Origin: an uncultured Spirochaetota bacterium
GTDB taxonomy: Bacteria > Spirochaetota > Brevinematia > Brevinematales > JAOACQ01
Direction: 5' to 3'
NCBI GenBank assembly: GCA_963835575.1
Contig: CAWIGG010000002.1
Coordinates: 1,888,001-1,952,000 of the forward strand
Length of the DNA: 64,000 bases
Shown piece after piece: positions 38,191 to 48,845 of this stretch; the first letter of the stretch is position 1; each line of letters begins with the position of its first letter. Made by a program: the position numbers and the translations under genes. The notes under the pieces were generated by a model that worked only from the letters and a program-made list of their open reading frames with translations, had not been told where the DNA came from and made no database searches.

Positions 38191-39753
38191 ATGAAAAATG
38201 ATTTGTTGAAGCCTGAAAACGATGAGCTGGTTTTTAAGGAAGAAGGCCCGGCGGTAAATGAATCTGAACAAAAAAACAGCTGGAAGATACTCATTGCCGA
38301 CGATGATCATGAAATCCATAATATAACAAAAATCGCCCTGTCCGATGTCAAATTCAACGGGATGAACGTAGAATTACTGCACGCCTTTTCCGGAAAAGAG
38401 GCAATGGAAATCATCAATCAGTCCCCCGGCATATCCATCATCCTGCTGGATATCGTTATGGAAGAGGACGATTCGGGATTGAAATTGATCAATTACATAC
38501 GAAATACATTGAAAAATAATTTTGTCAGGATCGTCATCAGGACCGGCCAGCCCGGCCAGGCGCCCGAAAGAAAAGTGATCATGGATTACGACATAAACGA
38601 CTATAAGGAAAAAACGGAATTAACAAGCCAGAAACTTTTTTCCACAATCATAGCGTCTCTCCGGTCTTATGACAATATCATAACCATTGAGAACCACCGT
38701 AAATCGCTGGAGAAGCTGATCGATATGTCAAACAGGCTGTTTTTTTACCGGAAAATCGAGGAATTCACGAATGATATTCTCCATCTGCTGATTGAAATAT
38801 TCACGGCCGCAAACCCGGGTTTCAATAAGGATACCAATTGCTTTATGTCGGTTAATTACGGCGACGGCTTTGTCATGCAGAGCGGCACAGGAATATATGA
38901 TCAGAAAGCCGGCGAGCCTCTCATGAAGTTAATCCCCGGTGATATAAAAAAATTGATTGACGAAGTCAGTGTGAAAAGCCAGAAGTTTTATCAGGGAAAA
39001 GGATGCCTTTTAAATTATTTTAAAAGCAAAACAGGCTACGCATATTTAATATATATGGACCATCCGGATAAATTCAACGAAAGCCATTTATCATTATTCC
39101 AATTGGTATTCAACACAGTTTCTTCCGCTTTTGATAATATATGCCTGAATAACGATATCATCAACACACAGTCCGAGCTTTTGATAACACTGGGCGAAGT
39201 TATTGAAACACGCTCGGAAGAAACAGGACATCATGTCAGAAAGGTCGCCGAATACTCAAAACTGCTGGCCCTGAAATACGGCCTGGGTGAAGATAAAGCC
39301 GAACTGATACGGCAGGCATCCCCGATGCATGATATCGGAAAGGTCGGCGTTTTTGATGAAATCTTGAACAAGCCGGGAAAATACACAACCGAAGAATTTG
39401 AGGAAATGAAAAGACATACCCTGTTCGGATATGATATTTTCAAGAATTCAAATAAGGAAATCTTCAAAGCGGCCAGTATCATCGCGCTGGAACATCATGA
39501 AAAATATGACGGCACGGGATATCCGATGGGGCTTAAAGAAGAAGAAATACATATTTACGGAAGAATAACGAGCCTCGCCGATGTCTTTGACGCCCTCAAC
39601 AGCGTCAGACCATATAAAAAAGCATGGGAATTGGACCAAGTACTGGATTATATAAAAAATGAAAGCGGAAAATCCTTCGATCCCGGGCTGGTTGATATCT
39701 TTTTTGATAATCTCCAGGAATTTCTCATGATCAAAGACGGACAAAAAGAATGA
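38191..39753 (+). CDS. Response regulator with DUF3369-like and HD-GYP phosphodiesterase domains
   Basis: ILIADDD, LLDIVME, RTGQPGQAPE, MHDIGK and HHEKYDGTGYP motifs. Confidence 0.92.
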   Translation: MKNDLLKPENDELVFKEEGPAVNESEQKNSWKILIADDDHEIHNITKIALSDVKFNGMNVELLHAFSGKEAMEIINQSPGISIILLDIVMEEDDSGLKLINYIRNTLKNNFVRIVIRTGQPGQAPERKVIMDYDINDYKEKTELTSQKLFSTIIASLRSYDNIITIENHRKSLEKLIDMSNRLFFYRKIEEFTNDILHLLIEIFTAANPGFNKDTNCFMSVNYGDGFVMQSGTGIYDQKAGEPLMKLIPGDIKKLIDEVSVKSQKFYQGKGCLLNYFKSKTGYAYLIYMDHPDKFNESHLSLFQLVFNTVSSAFDNICLNNDIINTQSELLITLGEVIETRSEETGHHVRKVAEYSKLLALKYGLGEDKAELIRQASPMHDIGKVGVFDEILNKPGKYTTEEFEEMKRHTLFGYDIFKNSNKEIFKAASIIALEHHEKYDGTGYPMGLKEEEIHIYGRITSLADVFDALNSVRPYKKAWELDQVLDYIKNESGKSFDPGLVDIFFDNLQEFLMIKDGQKE

Positions 39754-42314
39754 AAGTGAAAAAATCAACTGATAAAAAGAAAATCCGTACAATAGGCCTT
39801 TTTATTGACTGGATAGACAGCCCGTTCCAGTTCCAGATGCTGGAGGGGATAGAAGAGGGCGCGAAACAATGCGGCTTTAATTTTTACTGTTTCGTCGGCG
39901 GAGCTATAAAGTCACCCAGCGCTTATGAGAAAGCGAGAAATTTCATTTATGACTACGCGACGGAAAGAATAATCGACGGTTTGGTGATCATGTCTACGCC
40001 GGTCGGAAATTATGTTTCCATAAGCGAGTTGAACCGGTTCCGCGCTCAGTACAAAAATATACCCGTTGTCAGCATTGCCCAGAAGCTCTCCAACACATAT
40101 ACCGTACGGATAGACAACACAACCGGCCTGAAACACCTGATCAATCATCTTATTATAGATCATGACTATAAAAACATCGCCGTCATCAAGGGACCGGAAA
40201 ATAATATGGAAGCGCTTGAAAGATTTAACGCCTGCAGGGACGCACTGAAAGAAAACGGCATTCCTCTCAACAAGGAATTAGCCGTTCCGGGTTTATTCAC
40301 CGAACAGTCCGGATATGACGCGGCGATGCTTTTACTCGCGAAAAAGAATATCAGGATTGAAGCGATCGTTGCGGTTAATGACGATATGGCATACGGCGCA
40401 ATAAAGGCCATTCAGGAAAGCAATCTTTCTGTACCCTACGATATCGCCGTTGTCGGTTTTGATGATCAGCTGCAGAGCAGGCATTTTTCCCCGTCCCTGA
40501 GTACGGTAAAAATGCCTATTTTCCAGCTGGGATTTAAAGCCGTCGGGATCCTGAACGATCTTTTTAATAATAAGCCCGTTGAAGAGATCATAACTCTTTC
40601 GACTGAGCCAATAATCAGGGAGTCCTGCGGATGCATTATCAGTTCCCAGCCGGAATTAGACAGCATAGGCGCCGCCCCTGTAATGAAAATCCGGGACAAA
40701 AAACATCCTGAGCGTCAAAAAATCTCCGATTTCCTCTATGAGGGCCTCCGGGAGCAGAATGCCGGTTTTTCGGATGACGAGATCCATCATTTTACCGGAT
40801 TGTTTATCTCCTCCGTTAGAGAGAAGAACCCCGGCAGCCTCATCAATTATTTTTCCATGCTGATGAATAAACGCAATATACCGGAAATTGAAATAGACCG
40901 CCTGTTCCAGTTTTTTCTCAATCAGAAAAACGGCATTCTTAATTTTTTTGAAAGTCAGGAGGAAAAAGCGGACGCGGATTATCATATTCAAATGATCTGC
41001 CGGTATATATTCATCTTTTTTAAAAAGAACCTGAATTACAACAAAATAAAGCTGGAAAGGGAAGTCATCCGCTTCAGGTACTTTGGGGGAGAACTGGTCG
41101 TCTGCTCCAATACTGAGCAAATGATCGATACGCTTCTGCGGGTGTTCCCCATGCTGAATATTAATACTTTTTATCTTTCCCTCTACGAAGAAGAGGAAAA
41201 AGAATCGGATGCCCACAATTCCAATCTGCAGATGATCCTGGCCTACAGGAATAAAAAGAGAATAAAAATCGACGGCCATGAGAGCTTCAATCCATTCAAA
41301 ACGCTTGTTCCGGATCAATATTCGGATAAAACAGAAAGGTGGTCGCTGATCATCGAACCGATATTTTTCGGCTCAACCCGGCTCGGGCTGGCAATTTTTG
41401 ATATGAAAATCAAAGGGTATATTTATAATATCCTGCGGAGAAGGGTCTTAAACGACGCCCTGAACAATGCCGTTTATGTGCAGAAGATCCTGAACCAGTC
41501 CCGGAACCTCGAAAAGGCAAATAATGACCTATCAACAACATTGGCCATATTGAGGGAAACCCAGGAAAAACTGATCCAGTCCGAAAAAATGTCGGCAATG
41601 GGCAATCTCGTGGCCGGCATCAGCCATGAAATTAACACCCCGATCGGGATAAGCGTAACGGCGGCTTCTCATCTGGATGAAATCACCAGGGATATCTCCG
41701 ATTTATATGCCATGAAAAACATGAAAAAATCGGATTTTGAAAAATACCTGAAAACGGCGCAGGAAATATCCGGCATGGTCCTGAACAATCTCAAGAGGGC
41801 CCATGAGCTGATTGGAAGCTTCAAGCAGGTCGCTGTTGACCAGTCCACTGAAGAGAGCCGTAAATTTGATGTGAAAGAATATATAGATCAGATATTATTA
41901 AGCCTTATGCCGGCTTTAAAAAAAACAGACCTTAATATTGAAGTAAAATGTCCGGATCATCTGGAGCTGGAGAGCTATCCGGGGGCGTTTTATCAGATCA
42001 TCACCAATTTTATCATGAATTCAGTCATTCATGGATACGACAAGGGACAGAAAGGAAACATTGTTATCGCTATATCAGTCGAAAACAATAATGCCCAGTT
42101 AAAATATTCGGATGACGGTAAAGGGATCAGTCCCGCCATAATCGATAAAATTTTCGATCCCTTTTTCACGACCAGGAGAGGACAGGGCGGCACCGGGCTC
42201 GGCCTGCATATTGTTTATAACATTATCAGTCAGAAACTGAACGGTTCTATAAAATGCACAAGTTCTATCGGCAAAGGAGCGGCTTTCACGGTTATTTTTC
42301 CTGTAAAACAATAA
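39750..42314 (+). CDS. Histidine kinase with N-terminal LacI-type sugar-binding domain
   Basis: AIVAVNDDMAYG, VPYDIAVVGFDD and LSTV motifs; HisKA GISHEINTPIG; HATPase DDGKG, FDPFFTT, GTGLGL. Confidence 0.9.
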   Translation: MKVKKSTDKKKIRTIGLFIDWIDSPFQFQMLEGIEEGAKQCGFNFYCFVGGAIKSPSAYEKARNFIYDYATERIIDGLVIMSTPVGNYVSISELNRFRAQYKNIPVVSIAQKLSNTYTVRIDNTTGLKHLINHLIIDHDYKNIAVIKGPENNMEALERFNACRDALKENGIPLNKELAVPGLFTEQSGYDAAMLLLAKKNIRIEAIVAVNDDMAYGAIKAIQESNLSVPYDIAVVGFDDQLQSRHFSPSLSTVKMPIFQLGFKAVGILNDLFNNKPVEEIITLSTEPIIRESCGCIISSQPELDSIGAAPVMKIRDKKHPERQKISDFLYEGLREQNAGFSDDEIHHFTGLFISSVREKNPGSLINYFSMLMNKRNIPEIEIDRLFQFFLNQKNGILNFFESQEEKADADYHIQMICRYIFIFFKKNLNYNKIKLEREVIRFRYFGGELVVCSNTEQMIDTLLRVFPMLNINTFYLSLYEEEEKESDAHNSNLQMILAYRNKKRIKIDGHESFNPFKTLVPDQYSDKTERWSLIIEPIFFGSTRLGLAIFDMKIKGYIYNILRRRVLNDALNNAVYVQKILNQSRNLEKANNDLSTTLAILRETQEKLIQSEKMSAMGNLVAGISHEINTPIGISVTAASHLDEITRDISDLYAMKNMKKSDFEKYLKTAQEISGMVLNNLKRAHELIGSFKQVAVDQSTEESRKFDVKEYIDQILLSLMPALKKTDLNIEVKCPDHLELESYPGAFYQIITNFIMNSVIHGYDKGQKGNIVIAISVENNNAQLKYSDDGKGISPAIIDKIFDPFFTTRRGQGGTGLGLHIVYNIISQKLNGSIKCTSSIGKGAAFTVIFPVKQ

Positions 42315-42584
42315 TTCTGATCGCATTAATCAGGCCGCGGCGGCTGCCGGTATCAGGTCTGCTGATTCCCCCGGCTTTCCTTCACGTATCCTTCCTGCAT
42401 ATCTTCAATAATTCTTTTCAAAGGTATAAATGATGAAGTAATTCACCTCAGTTTCCAACAGTTCGGCATATTGTTTTTCAGTATGAAATCTGTTAACAAC
42501 CGCCGCCATGTTTGACAAATCAGGCAGAAATTGATTATACTTTTTTATATCAATCAATGTCATTCCATCATATAAGGAGAAAAA

Positions 42585-43079
42585 ATGCCCCGGTTAAAAC
42601 CGAAAAGCCCGAAGGAAAGCGCCATCGAAACGAGATATATCCTGATGCCCCAGGACGCGAACCAGCTGGGGACCGCCTTCGGCGGCGCCATTATGTCATG
42701 GATCGATCTGACCGCCAGCATGGTCGCGGCGCGCCACTGCGGAACGATTGTCGTCACGGCCGAAATTGACAGCCTGACTTTTCATGCCCCCGTCTATATC
42801 GGCGAGCAGGTCGTTCTTAAAGCCAGCGTCAACTACGTCGGCCGCACATCGATGGAAATCGGCGTTCAGGTCACAAAGGAAAACCCGAAAACCGGCGAAA
42901 GGGTCAAAACGACAAGCGCTTATCTCACATTCGTCGCCCTCGGAAAAAATAAAAAGCCCGTGGAAGTCCCCCCTCTTATTCTCGAAACAAGCGAGGAAAA
43001 GCGGCGCTATGAAAACGCGAAGATCCGCGTGCAGGCCCGGAAGGAACTGATGGCGAAGATGAAGAAGAGGAAAGGGTAA
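42585..43079 (+). CDS. Acyl-CoA thioesterase (hotdog fold, YciA-like)
   Basis: DANQLGTAFGG.IMSWID and VGRTSMEIGV motifs. Confidence 0.92.
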   Translation: MPRLKPKSPKESAIETRYILMPQDANQLGTAFGGAIMSWIDLTASMVAARHCGTIVVTAEIDSLTFHAPVYIGEQVVLKASVNYVGRTSMEIGVQVTKENPKTGERVKTTSAYLTFVALGKNKKPVEVPPLILETSEEKRRYENAKIRVQARKELMAKMKKRKG

Positions 43080-43292
43080 TCCGCTAATGCACGCGAATAG
43101 ACGCGAATAAAACGTTAATGGATTGAAGATAGAAAAAAATCACACGAATGGAAAAATGAACTGCAATGTAAAATATAAAACATATAGTTAGTGATACTAA
43201 TGCTTTTTGAGTCTTATTGATTTGAAAAAATGAAACAAATATATTGAATATTTTCTAAAGTGAATTTTAAATTAGCGTGGCTTAGCGGAAGA
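43074..43292. repeat. Element with conserved CCGCTAA...TTAGCGG ends, copy 2
   Basis: Same ends as 28400-28674; left end overlaps the thioesterase stop codon. Confidence 0.72.
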
Positions 43293-43397
43293 TTTAATAG
43301 TGAAGAGGAACCATCTTTGTTTCTTTGTGATTAAAAAAGTTTTAAAGTTCATGATTTAAAAAATTATTCCTTAAATTCTTGCTGGAGGTATTTTATT

Positions 43398-43929
43398 ATG
43401 TTCATGGAATTACTCCGGAAAAGAAGAAGCATCAGAAAAGTATAAAAAAGCGCCCGTTGAAAAGGAAAAATTAGAGTCTCTCAAGGAAGCAGTGCTTTTA
43501 TCCCCTTCCTCAAGAGGCATCAATCCCTGGGAATTTGTCTTTGTAACCGACCAGGAATTGTTAAAGCAATTATCCCGGTCCAAGACGCACAGCTCCGATT
43601 TCCTGAAGGACGCTCCTCTGGGAATAGTAATCTGCGCGGATGAAGCAAAAACGGATGCCTGGATAGAAGACTGCTCCATCGCTTCCATAATTGTTCAATT
43701 GGCTGCCGAATCCCTCGGGCTTTCAAGCTGCTGGATCCAGATCAGGAACAGGATGCATAAAGACGAGATCACCTCTGAGAAGTATATAAAAAATCTTCTC
43801 GAAATCCCGCTTCATTTTAAAGTCCAATCCATTATCGCCATAGGTTATCCCGATGAAAAAAAGAAGCCGCATACAAAAGATGAACTGGATTTCGGCAAAA
43901 TATCCTTGAATAAATACGAGGAAAAATAA
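43398..43929 (+). pseudogene. Nitroreductase with a +1 frameshift near the 5' end
   Basis: GGAGG RBS and ATG at 43398 give MFMELLRKRRSIRK, then TAA at 43443; removing one A from 43436-43439 joins YKKAPVEKEK...LSPSSRGINPWEF...GLSSCWIQ. Confidence 0.8.
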
Positions 43930-43935
43930 ATCAAG

Positions 43936-44175
43936 CTATCTTGATGAATCCTGAAGATTATTGAGAATTCTTTCGAGGTGTTTTTCAAACCCGTCCCTAT
44001 CAATATCTGAAAAGCCGTTATAGTATATTTCGTTCATTTTTTCTGATACTTCCAGATACTTATCCTGCATGGCTTTGTCTTTTTCAGCCCGTTCGATAAT
44101 GATCTTCCGGCGGTCCTCCTTCGAATAAACACGGCGGATAAATCCGTCCAATTCAAGACGGTCCGGCATGTTCAT
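43936..44175 (-). pseudogene. 3' fragment of a MarR-family regulator
   Basis: DRLELDGFIRRVYSKEDRRKIII wing motif and C-terminal helices; N-terminal half absent. Confidence 0.7.
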
Positions 44176-44203
44176 GAACTTAAAAAATATTTTTTTAAAA
44201 CTA

Positions 44204-44254
44204 TTGACAAAATAAATATTTTGTTGTACCATATACTTAGTTATACTAAATATA
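44204..44254 (+). promoter_or_regulatory. padR promoter and palindromic operator
   Basis: TTGACA-17-TACCAT (44204-44232) followed by TATACTTAG-ttata-CTAAATATA. Confidence 0.65.
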
Positions 44255-44274
44255 ATGTTATGGAAGGTACTTTC

Positions 44275-44628
44275 ATGGCTGAAACCAATGCGCAGCTTAA
44301 AAAAGGGGTCATCGAAATCCTGATCTTAAAACTGCTTAGCAGTCAGAAGATGTACGGCTACCAGCTCCTTCAAGAGCTTGACAGTAAAAGCAACGGTGTT
44401 TTTAAGATGAAGGAGGGCACCCTCTATCCGGTTTTGTACCGCCTTGAGGATGACAAATTTATTACGAGTTTATGGGAAGAACCGGATCGCAGCAGCTCCG
44501 ATAAGCGTCCTGTGCCCCGTAAATATTACCAGATTACGGCAAGCGGTTCGACTGAGCTTGCCAGGCATATTTCCGATCTCCGCAATTTAATAAACGGGAT
44601 CAATCTCATTCTAGAGGAGGAATTTTAA
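44275..44628 (+). CDS. PadR-family transcriptional regulator
   Basis: QLKKGVIEILIL, MYGY, EGTLYPVLYRLE and RKYYQIT motifs. Confidence 0.93.
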   Translation: MAETNAQLKKGVIEILILKLLSSQKMYGYQLLQELDSKSNGVFKMKEGTLYPVLYRLEDDKFITSLWEEPDRSSSDKRPVPRKYYQITASGSTELARHISDLRNLINGINLILEEEF

Positions 44629-44629
44629 A

Positions 44630-45412
44630 ATGCAGGACAAAATTGAGGATTTTATCAATAAAGTGATCGATAGGCTGGTAGTCGATGAACAGTTAAAAAC
44701 GAGAATTGGCCAGGATTTGCGCGCACATATCAACGAAGCTTCACTCAGCCGGAATGAAGAGGAAGTTCTCGGCAAAATGGGTAGTCCTTCCGAAGTGGCC
44801 CGCGAGTTTATGGATTCTATTTATGAAAACAAGAACGAAGTCATTGAACGGTTGATCCGGGAACGTCTTAAAGTCAAACAGCTCCTGGCGGATTACTTCG
44901 AGTACCGGAGTAAAGCTCATATTTTTGGTCTGCCGCTTCTTCATATAAAGTTTCGCAGACACCTTAAAGCCAAACCCGGTACAGCCAAAGGGATCATTGC
45001 CATCGGCAACCGGGCGATCGGTGCGGTCGCTGTCGGAAGATTTTGCTGCGGCGGTTTATGTTTCGGCATTTTTCCCATCGGTCTTGTCGCCTTCGGTTCC
45101 TTCAGCAGCGGTGTTATTGCCTTCGGCGGTTTCGCTGTCGGGATAATGGCGCTTGGAGGTATTGCCGCCGGATTATTGGCTGCGGGCGGTATAGCCTTTG
45201 GGCTCAGTGCATTTGGAGGTTTCGCCTTCGGCTTTATTTCAGGAGGCGGGATTGCGCAGGGTGTGGTCGCCATGGGCGGCCATACAATAGGAGAATATAT
45301 CGGTACTCCCTCTTCAGCCGAGCAAATCAAGGCTTTGATCCGCCAGGCATACCCCCATATCAGCGAATGGATCCTTAATATCATTGTTTTCTTCAAGTTT
45401 TTCTATACCTGA
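44630..45412 (+). CDS. PadR-associated membrane protein (HAAS-like N-terminus, Gly-rich TM repeats)
   Basis: DLRAHI...MGSPSEVAREF; AKGIIAIG followed by repeated GG.A.G units. Confidence 0.75.
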   Translation: MQDKIEDFINKVIDRLVVDEQLKTRIGQDLRAHINEASLSRNEEEVLGKMGSPSEVAREFMDSIYENKNEVIERLIRERLKVKQLLADYFEYRSKAHIFGLPLLHIKFRRHLKAKPGTAKGIIAIGNRAIGAVAVGRFCCGGLCFGIFPIGLVAFGSFSSGVIAFGGFAVGIMALGGIAAGLLAAGGIAFGLSAFGGFAFGFISGGGIAQGVVAMGGHTIGEYIGTPSSAEQIKALIRQAYPHISEWILNIIVFFKFFYT

Positions 45413-45486
45413 TATTGATTGTTGGAAACTCCTTGCTTTTTGTAAAAATTGTTAAACTGGATTAAAGAAAATATGGAGGCATTAAT

Positions 45487-46680
45487 ATGCTCGAATCGAA
45501 AAGGATTTATTTCATGGACAGTTTAAGGGCTATTACCATTTTTCTGGTCATAGTATTACATGCGTCCCTTGCATTTGTAACACCCCCATTCCCCGGTTTT
45601 GTACACGACCCGAGGCCGAACAACTTGTTTTACTTCATTGTTTTCACATTGGAAGGTCATGTTATGATGTCGGTAATGTTCTTTGTGGCCGGATTTTTTA
45701 TGCTGAAGTCGCTCTACAAAAAGGGACCGGCCGGTTTCATAAAGGGTAAGTTATTACGGCTGGGAATACCGTTTATCGCCGGATCGCTGATCCTGGCCCC
45801 TTTATTAGGATTGACCTCATATTATTCCGACCATAACCCGGTCCATTTTATCAGCGATTTTCTAGGTTTTTTTCAGTACCGGTATTTTACCCAATACCAG
45901 TTCTGGTTTCTGGGCATCTTAATGACTTTTTTTCTCATAATGTCCATTCTTTATTTATTCATCGGGAAAAAAGCCGCGGCGCCGCTGAAAAAACAGGCAA
46001 AACCGTCCCCGTCACTTCTTATAGGTTTATTCATTATTACGACAGCGCTCAGCTTCATCATAAATCTGTTTGTCAAGAACTACGAGTGGACCATGCTGTA
46101 TATCATTCAGTTCCAGACAATAAAAATCCCGATCTATATCAGTTATTTTCTGCTTGGAATATACGCATACAGGAAGGGATGGTTCGAGAACGGCTACACT
46201 CCGAATATTTATTTATGGGCCCCTCTTTTTCTTATATCGTCAATTGCCAGTTTCATCATTTACGCCTTGCCGCTCGATTCATTTTCTTTCTGGAAATTGA
46301 TCCATAATTCGGTTATCAGCCTCCAGATTATGTCAGCCCTTTTTACCCTTCTATCAATAGCCCGTAAGACGATGGATAAAGACACGCTTTTCCTGCGGGA
46401 AATTTCCAGAAGCAGTTTTACGGTATATATCATTCACTTGAACATACTTTTCATGGTTGTCTATTTTTCCAGGGACCTCATGATACCGTCGTTTATGAAA
46501 TTCCTTCTTCAGGCCGCTTCAGCAGCTATTTTGAGCTGGATAACGGCTTTGCTGTTGATCAGGATCCCCGGATTAAGGATCATCCTCGACGAATCCGGAA
46601 GGAGAGCTAGGAAAGGCAATCAAAACACGATTTCAAAAAACGGCAAGGACAGTAAAACATTAGATTACGTTAAAAACTAG
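45487..46680 (+). CDS. Acyltransferase family 3 protein
   Basis: DSLRAITIFLVIVLH, FFVAGFF, WFL and YIIH motifs; multi-TM. Confidence 0.88.
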   Translation: MLESKRIYFMDSLRAITIFLVIVLHASLAFVTPPFPGFVHDPRPNNLFYFIVFTLEGHVMMSVMFFVAGFFMLKSLYKKGPAGFIKGKLLRLGIPFIAGSLILAPLLGLTSYYSDHNPVHFISDFLGFFQYRYFTQYQFWFLGILMTFFLIMSILYLFIGKKAAAPLKKQAKPSPSLLIGLFIITTALSFIINLFVKNYEWTMLYIIQFQTIKIPIYISYFLLGIYAYRKGWFENGYTPNIYLWAPLFLISSIASFIIYALPLDSFSFWKLIHNSVISLQIMSALFTLLSIARKTMDKDTLFLREISRSSFTVYIIHLNILFMVVYFSRDLMIPSFMKFLLQAASAAILSWITALLLIRIPGLRIILDESGRRARKGNQNTISKNGKDSKTLDYVKN

Positions 46681-46738
46681 CCGCCCGCCCGGAATGGCCC
46701 GGCAGTTGTTTATTATTTTATATTAAGGAGTTTTTGAT

Positions 46739-47635
46739 ATGACGGCGGTTGAAGTCAATCACATAGTCAAGTCCTATTCAGGCAAGACGGCGGTCAATGA
46801 TCTTTCCTTTACTGTCGTTCCCGGTGAAATATTAGGCCTCATTGGCCCTAATGGCGCGGGTAAAAGTACCGCCATCAAGCTGATACTCGATTTCATCAAG
46901 CCGGACTCGGGAAGCGTGGCTGTATTCGGCGAAACGTTGAATGAAAAAACCAAGAATCGAATCGGCTACCTGCCTGAAGAAAGAGGCCTGTACAAAAAAT
47001 TACCGGCAATTAATCTTATCATTTACCTTGCCTCCCTTAAGGGTATGGACAGGCGCCCGGCAGAAAGAAAAGCCGATGCGCTGCTCCGGCAAACCGGCAT
47101 GCTGTCGAACAAAAAAATGAAGATTGAGGAAATGAGCAAGGGCATGGGGCAGATGATCCAATTAATCGTCACCATTATCCATGACCCGGAATTGATTATT
47201 CTGGATGAGCCCTTCTCCGGTCTTGACCCGGTGAATACAGATCTGTTGAAGAAAATACTTGGCAGTTTGAGGGACCAAGGAAAGGCCATAATCCTGAGCA
47301 CGCACCGGATGAATGATGTTGAGGAGCTTTGCGACCGCATACTCATGATAAACAATGGGCGCGCCGTCCTGTACGGGGGCCTGAAAGAAATCAAAACAAA
47401 ATATAGGAACCATTCGGTTCTTGTGGATATTGAGGGTGAAGCCGGTGAAATACCGGGAGTTATAGAGAAACGGCCCCGCAAAGGCTTTATTGAACTGGTC
47501 CTGGACAGGGACACAACCCCTCAGCAAATTCTTGAGAAACTGTTCAACCGTGGAATTACAGTCAACCGTTTTGAGACGGCTTCACTTTCACTCAATGAAA
47601 TATTCCTGAAGGAGGCGGGCAAAAATGATGAATAA
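46739..47635 (+). CDS. ABC transporter ATP-binding protein
   Basis: GPNGAGKST, MSKGM and ILDEPFSGLDP motifs. Confidence 0.93.
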   Translation: MTAVEVNHIVKSYSGKTAVNDLSFTVVPGEILGLIGPNGAGKSTAIKLILDFIKPDSGSVAVFGETLNEKTKNRIGYLPEERGLYKKLPAINLIIYLASLKGMDRRPAERKADALLRQTGMLSNKKMKIEEMSKGMGQMIQLIVTIIHDPELIILDEPFSGLDPVNTDLLKKILGSLRDQGKAIILSTHRMNDVEELCDRILMINNGRAVLYGGLKEIKTKYRNHSVLVDIEGEAGEIPGVIEKRPRKGFIELVLDRDTTPQQILEKLFNRGITVNRFETASLSLNEIFLKEAGKNDE

Positions 47636-48845
47636 AACATATTTGATTTTCAAACATGAATTCCTTTATACAATAAAAAGGACCGGGTTTATCATTATGA
47701 CCCTGTTTGTGCCTTTATCGGCTCTTCTGTGTATTGGGACCGGAAGGCTCGTATCATCTTTAACCAGGCCGCCGGTAATAGAAATAAAGAACATCGGATA
47801 TGTTGACGAGGCCGGTAAATTCAATCATTTCACCGTTCAGGGATATATAAAGCTGGTCCGTTTTAATACCCGGGAAAATGCCGTTCAAGCCCTTATCAGG
47901 CATGAAGTTTCAGAATATTTTGTCATTCCGAAAGATTATATATCAGGCGGGCTGATCCATCGATATACGCTTGAGAAGGAGGTGGATACGCCGCCTGCAG
48001 TAAAAGCTGTCATTAAGAATTTTCTTACGGGAAATCTCCTGGCGGACAAAGTTCCGCCGGTTATTGTCAGCCTGATAGAATCCCCCTTGAACCTGGAGGT
48101 CACCCGGCTTGCCAAAAACGGGACTGCGGCCCTTGAACAAAGCGGATTCGGTAATATTATCATTCCCGGAATTTTCAGCCTTCTTCTGGCCTTATCTTTG
48201 ATGTTCATTTCCAGCTACTTAATTCAGGGGCTGGGGGAAGAGAAAGAGAGCCGCCTTATTGAGATATTATTATCCTCTGTTTCCGCCCGGCAATTGATCA
48301 CCGGCAAGGTTCTGGCATTGGGTTCCGCCGGGCTTATGCAGGTTTTAGTCTGGCTGATCTCGGCTCCTCTGTTATTAAACCTGGCCTTATCTTCTTTCGG
48401 CGGCTTTCCCGGCAGGATACAAATACCGGCCAATTTCTTTATCCTTGGGACCGTCTATTTTATTCTGGGTTATTTATTATTCGCCGTTTTTTCGGTTGGT
48501 ATCGGCGCTGTTAGCCCCAATGCACGGGTTGGACAACAGCTGTCATTGATTTATACGCTTTTCGGCTACGCGCCGCTCTGGTTTTTATCTCTATTGATTT
48601 TCTTTCCGAAAAGTCCTATCTGGGTTGTCTTGATGATTTTCCCTGTCACGGCTCCAGTGCAGACGATGCTCAGGCTGGGTGTGACGGATATTCCCGCCTG
48701 GGAACTTGCAGCCAGTATAGCTGTGATGATACTTTCCATCATCGGGGGTTTATTATTGGTGACCAGGGTTTTCAGGGTTTATCTGCTCATGCATGGGAAA
48801 AAGCCGAATCTTGGAGAAATATTCCATAATTTAAGAAACGGATAA
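47628..48845 (+). CDS. ABC-2/NatB-type permease
   Basis: EEKESRLIEILLSSV...GKV motif; multi-TM; overlaps the ATPase stop. Confidence 0.9.
   Translation: MNKTYLIFKHEFLYTIKRTGFIIMTLFVPLSALLCIGTGRLVSSLTRPPVIEIKNIGYVDEAGKFNHFTVQGYIKLVRFNTRENAVQALIRHEVSEYFVIPKDYISGGLIHRYTLEKEVDTPPAVKAVIKNFLTGNLLADKVPPVIVSLIESPLNLEVTRLAKNGTAALEQSGFGNIIIPGIFSLLLALSLMFISSYLIQGLGEEKESRLIEILLSSVSARQLITGKVLALGSAGLMQVLVWLISAPLLLNLALSSFGGFPGRIQIPANFFILGTVYFILGYLLFAVFSVGIGAVSPNARVGQQLSLIYTLFGYAPLWFLSLLIFFPKSPIWVVLMIFPVTAPVQTMLRLGVTDIPAWELAASIAVMILSIIGGLLLVTRVFRVYLLMHGKKPNLGEIFHNLRNG

Noticed and set aside
42330..42510. Possible gene remnant on the minus strand (MAAVVNRFHTEKQYAELLETE...)
   Set aside because: Too short and interrupted to assign to a family with confidence.
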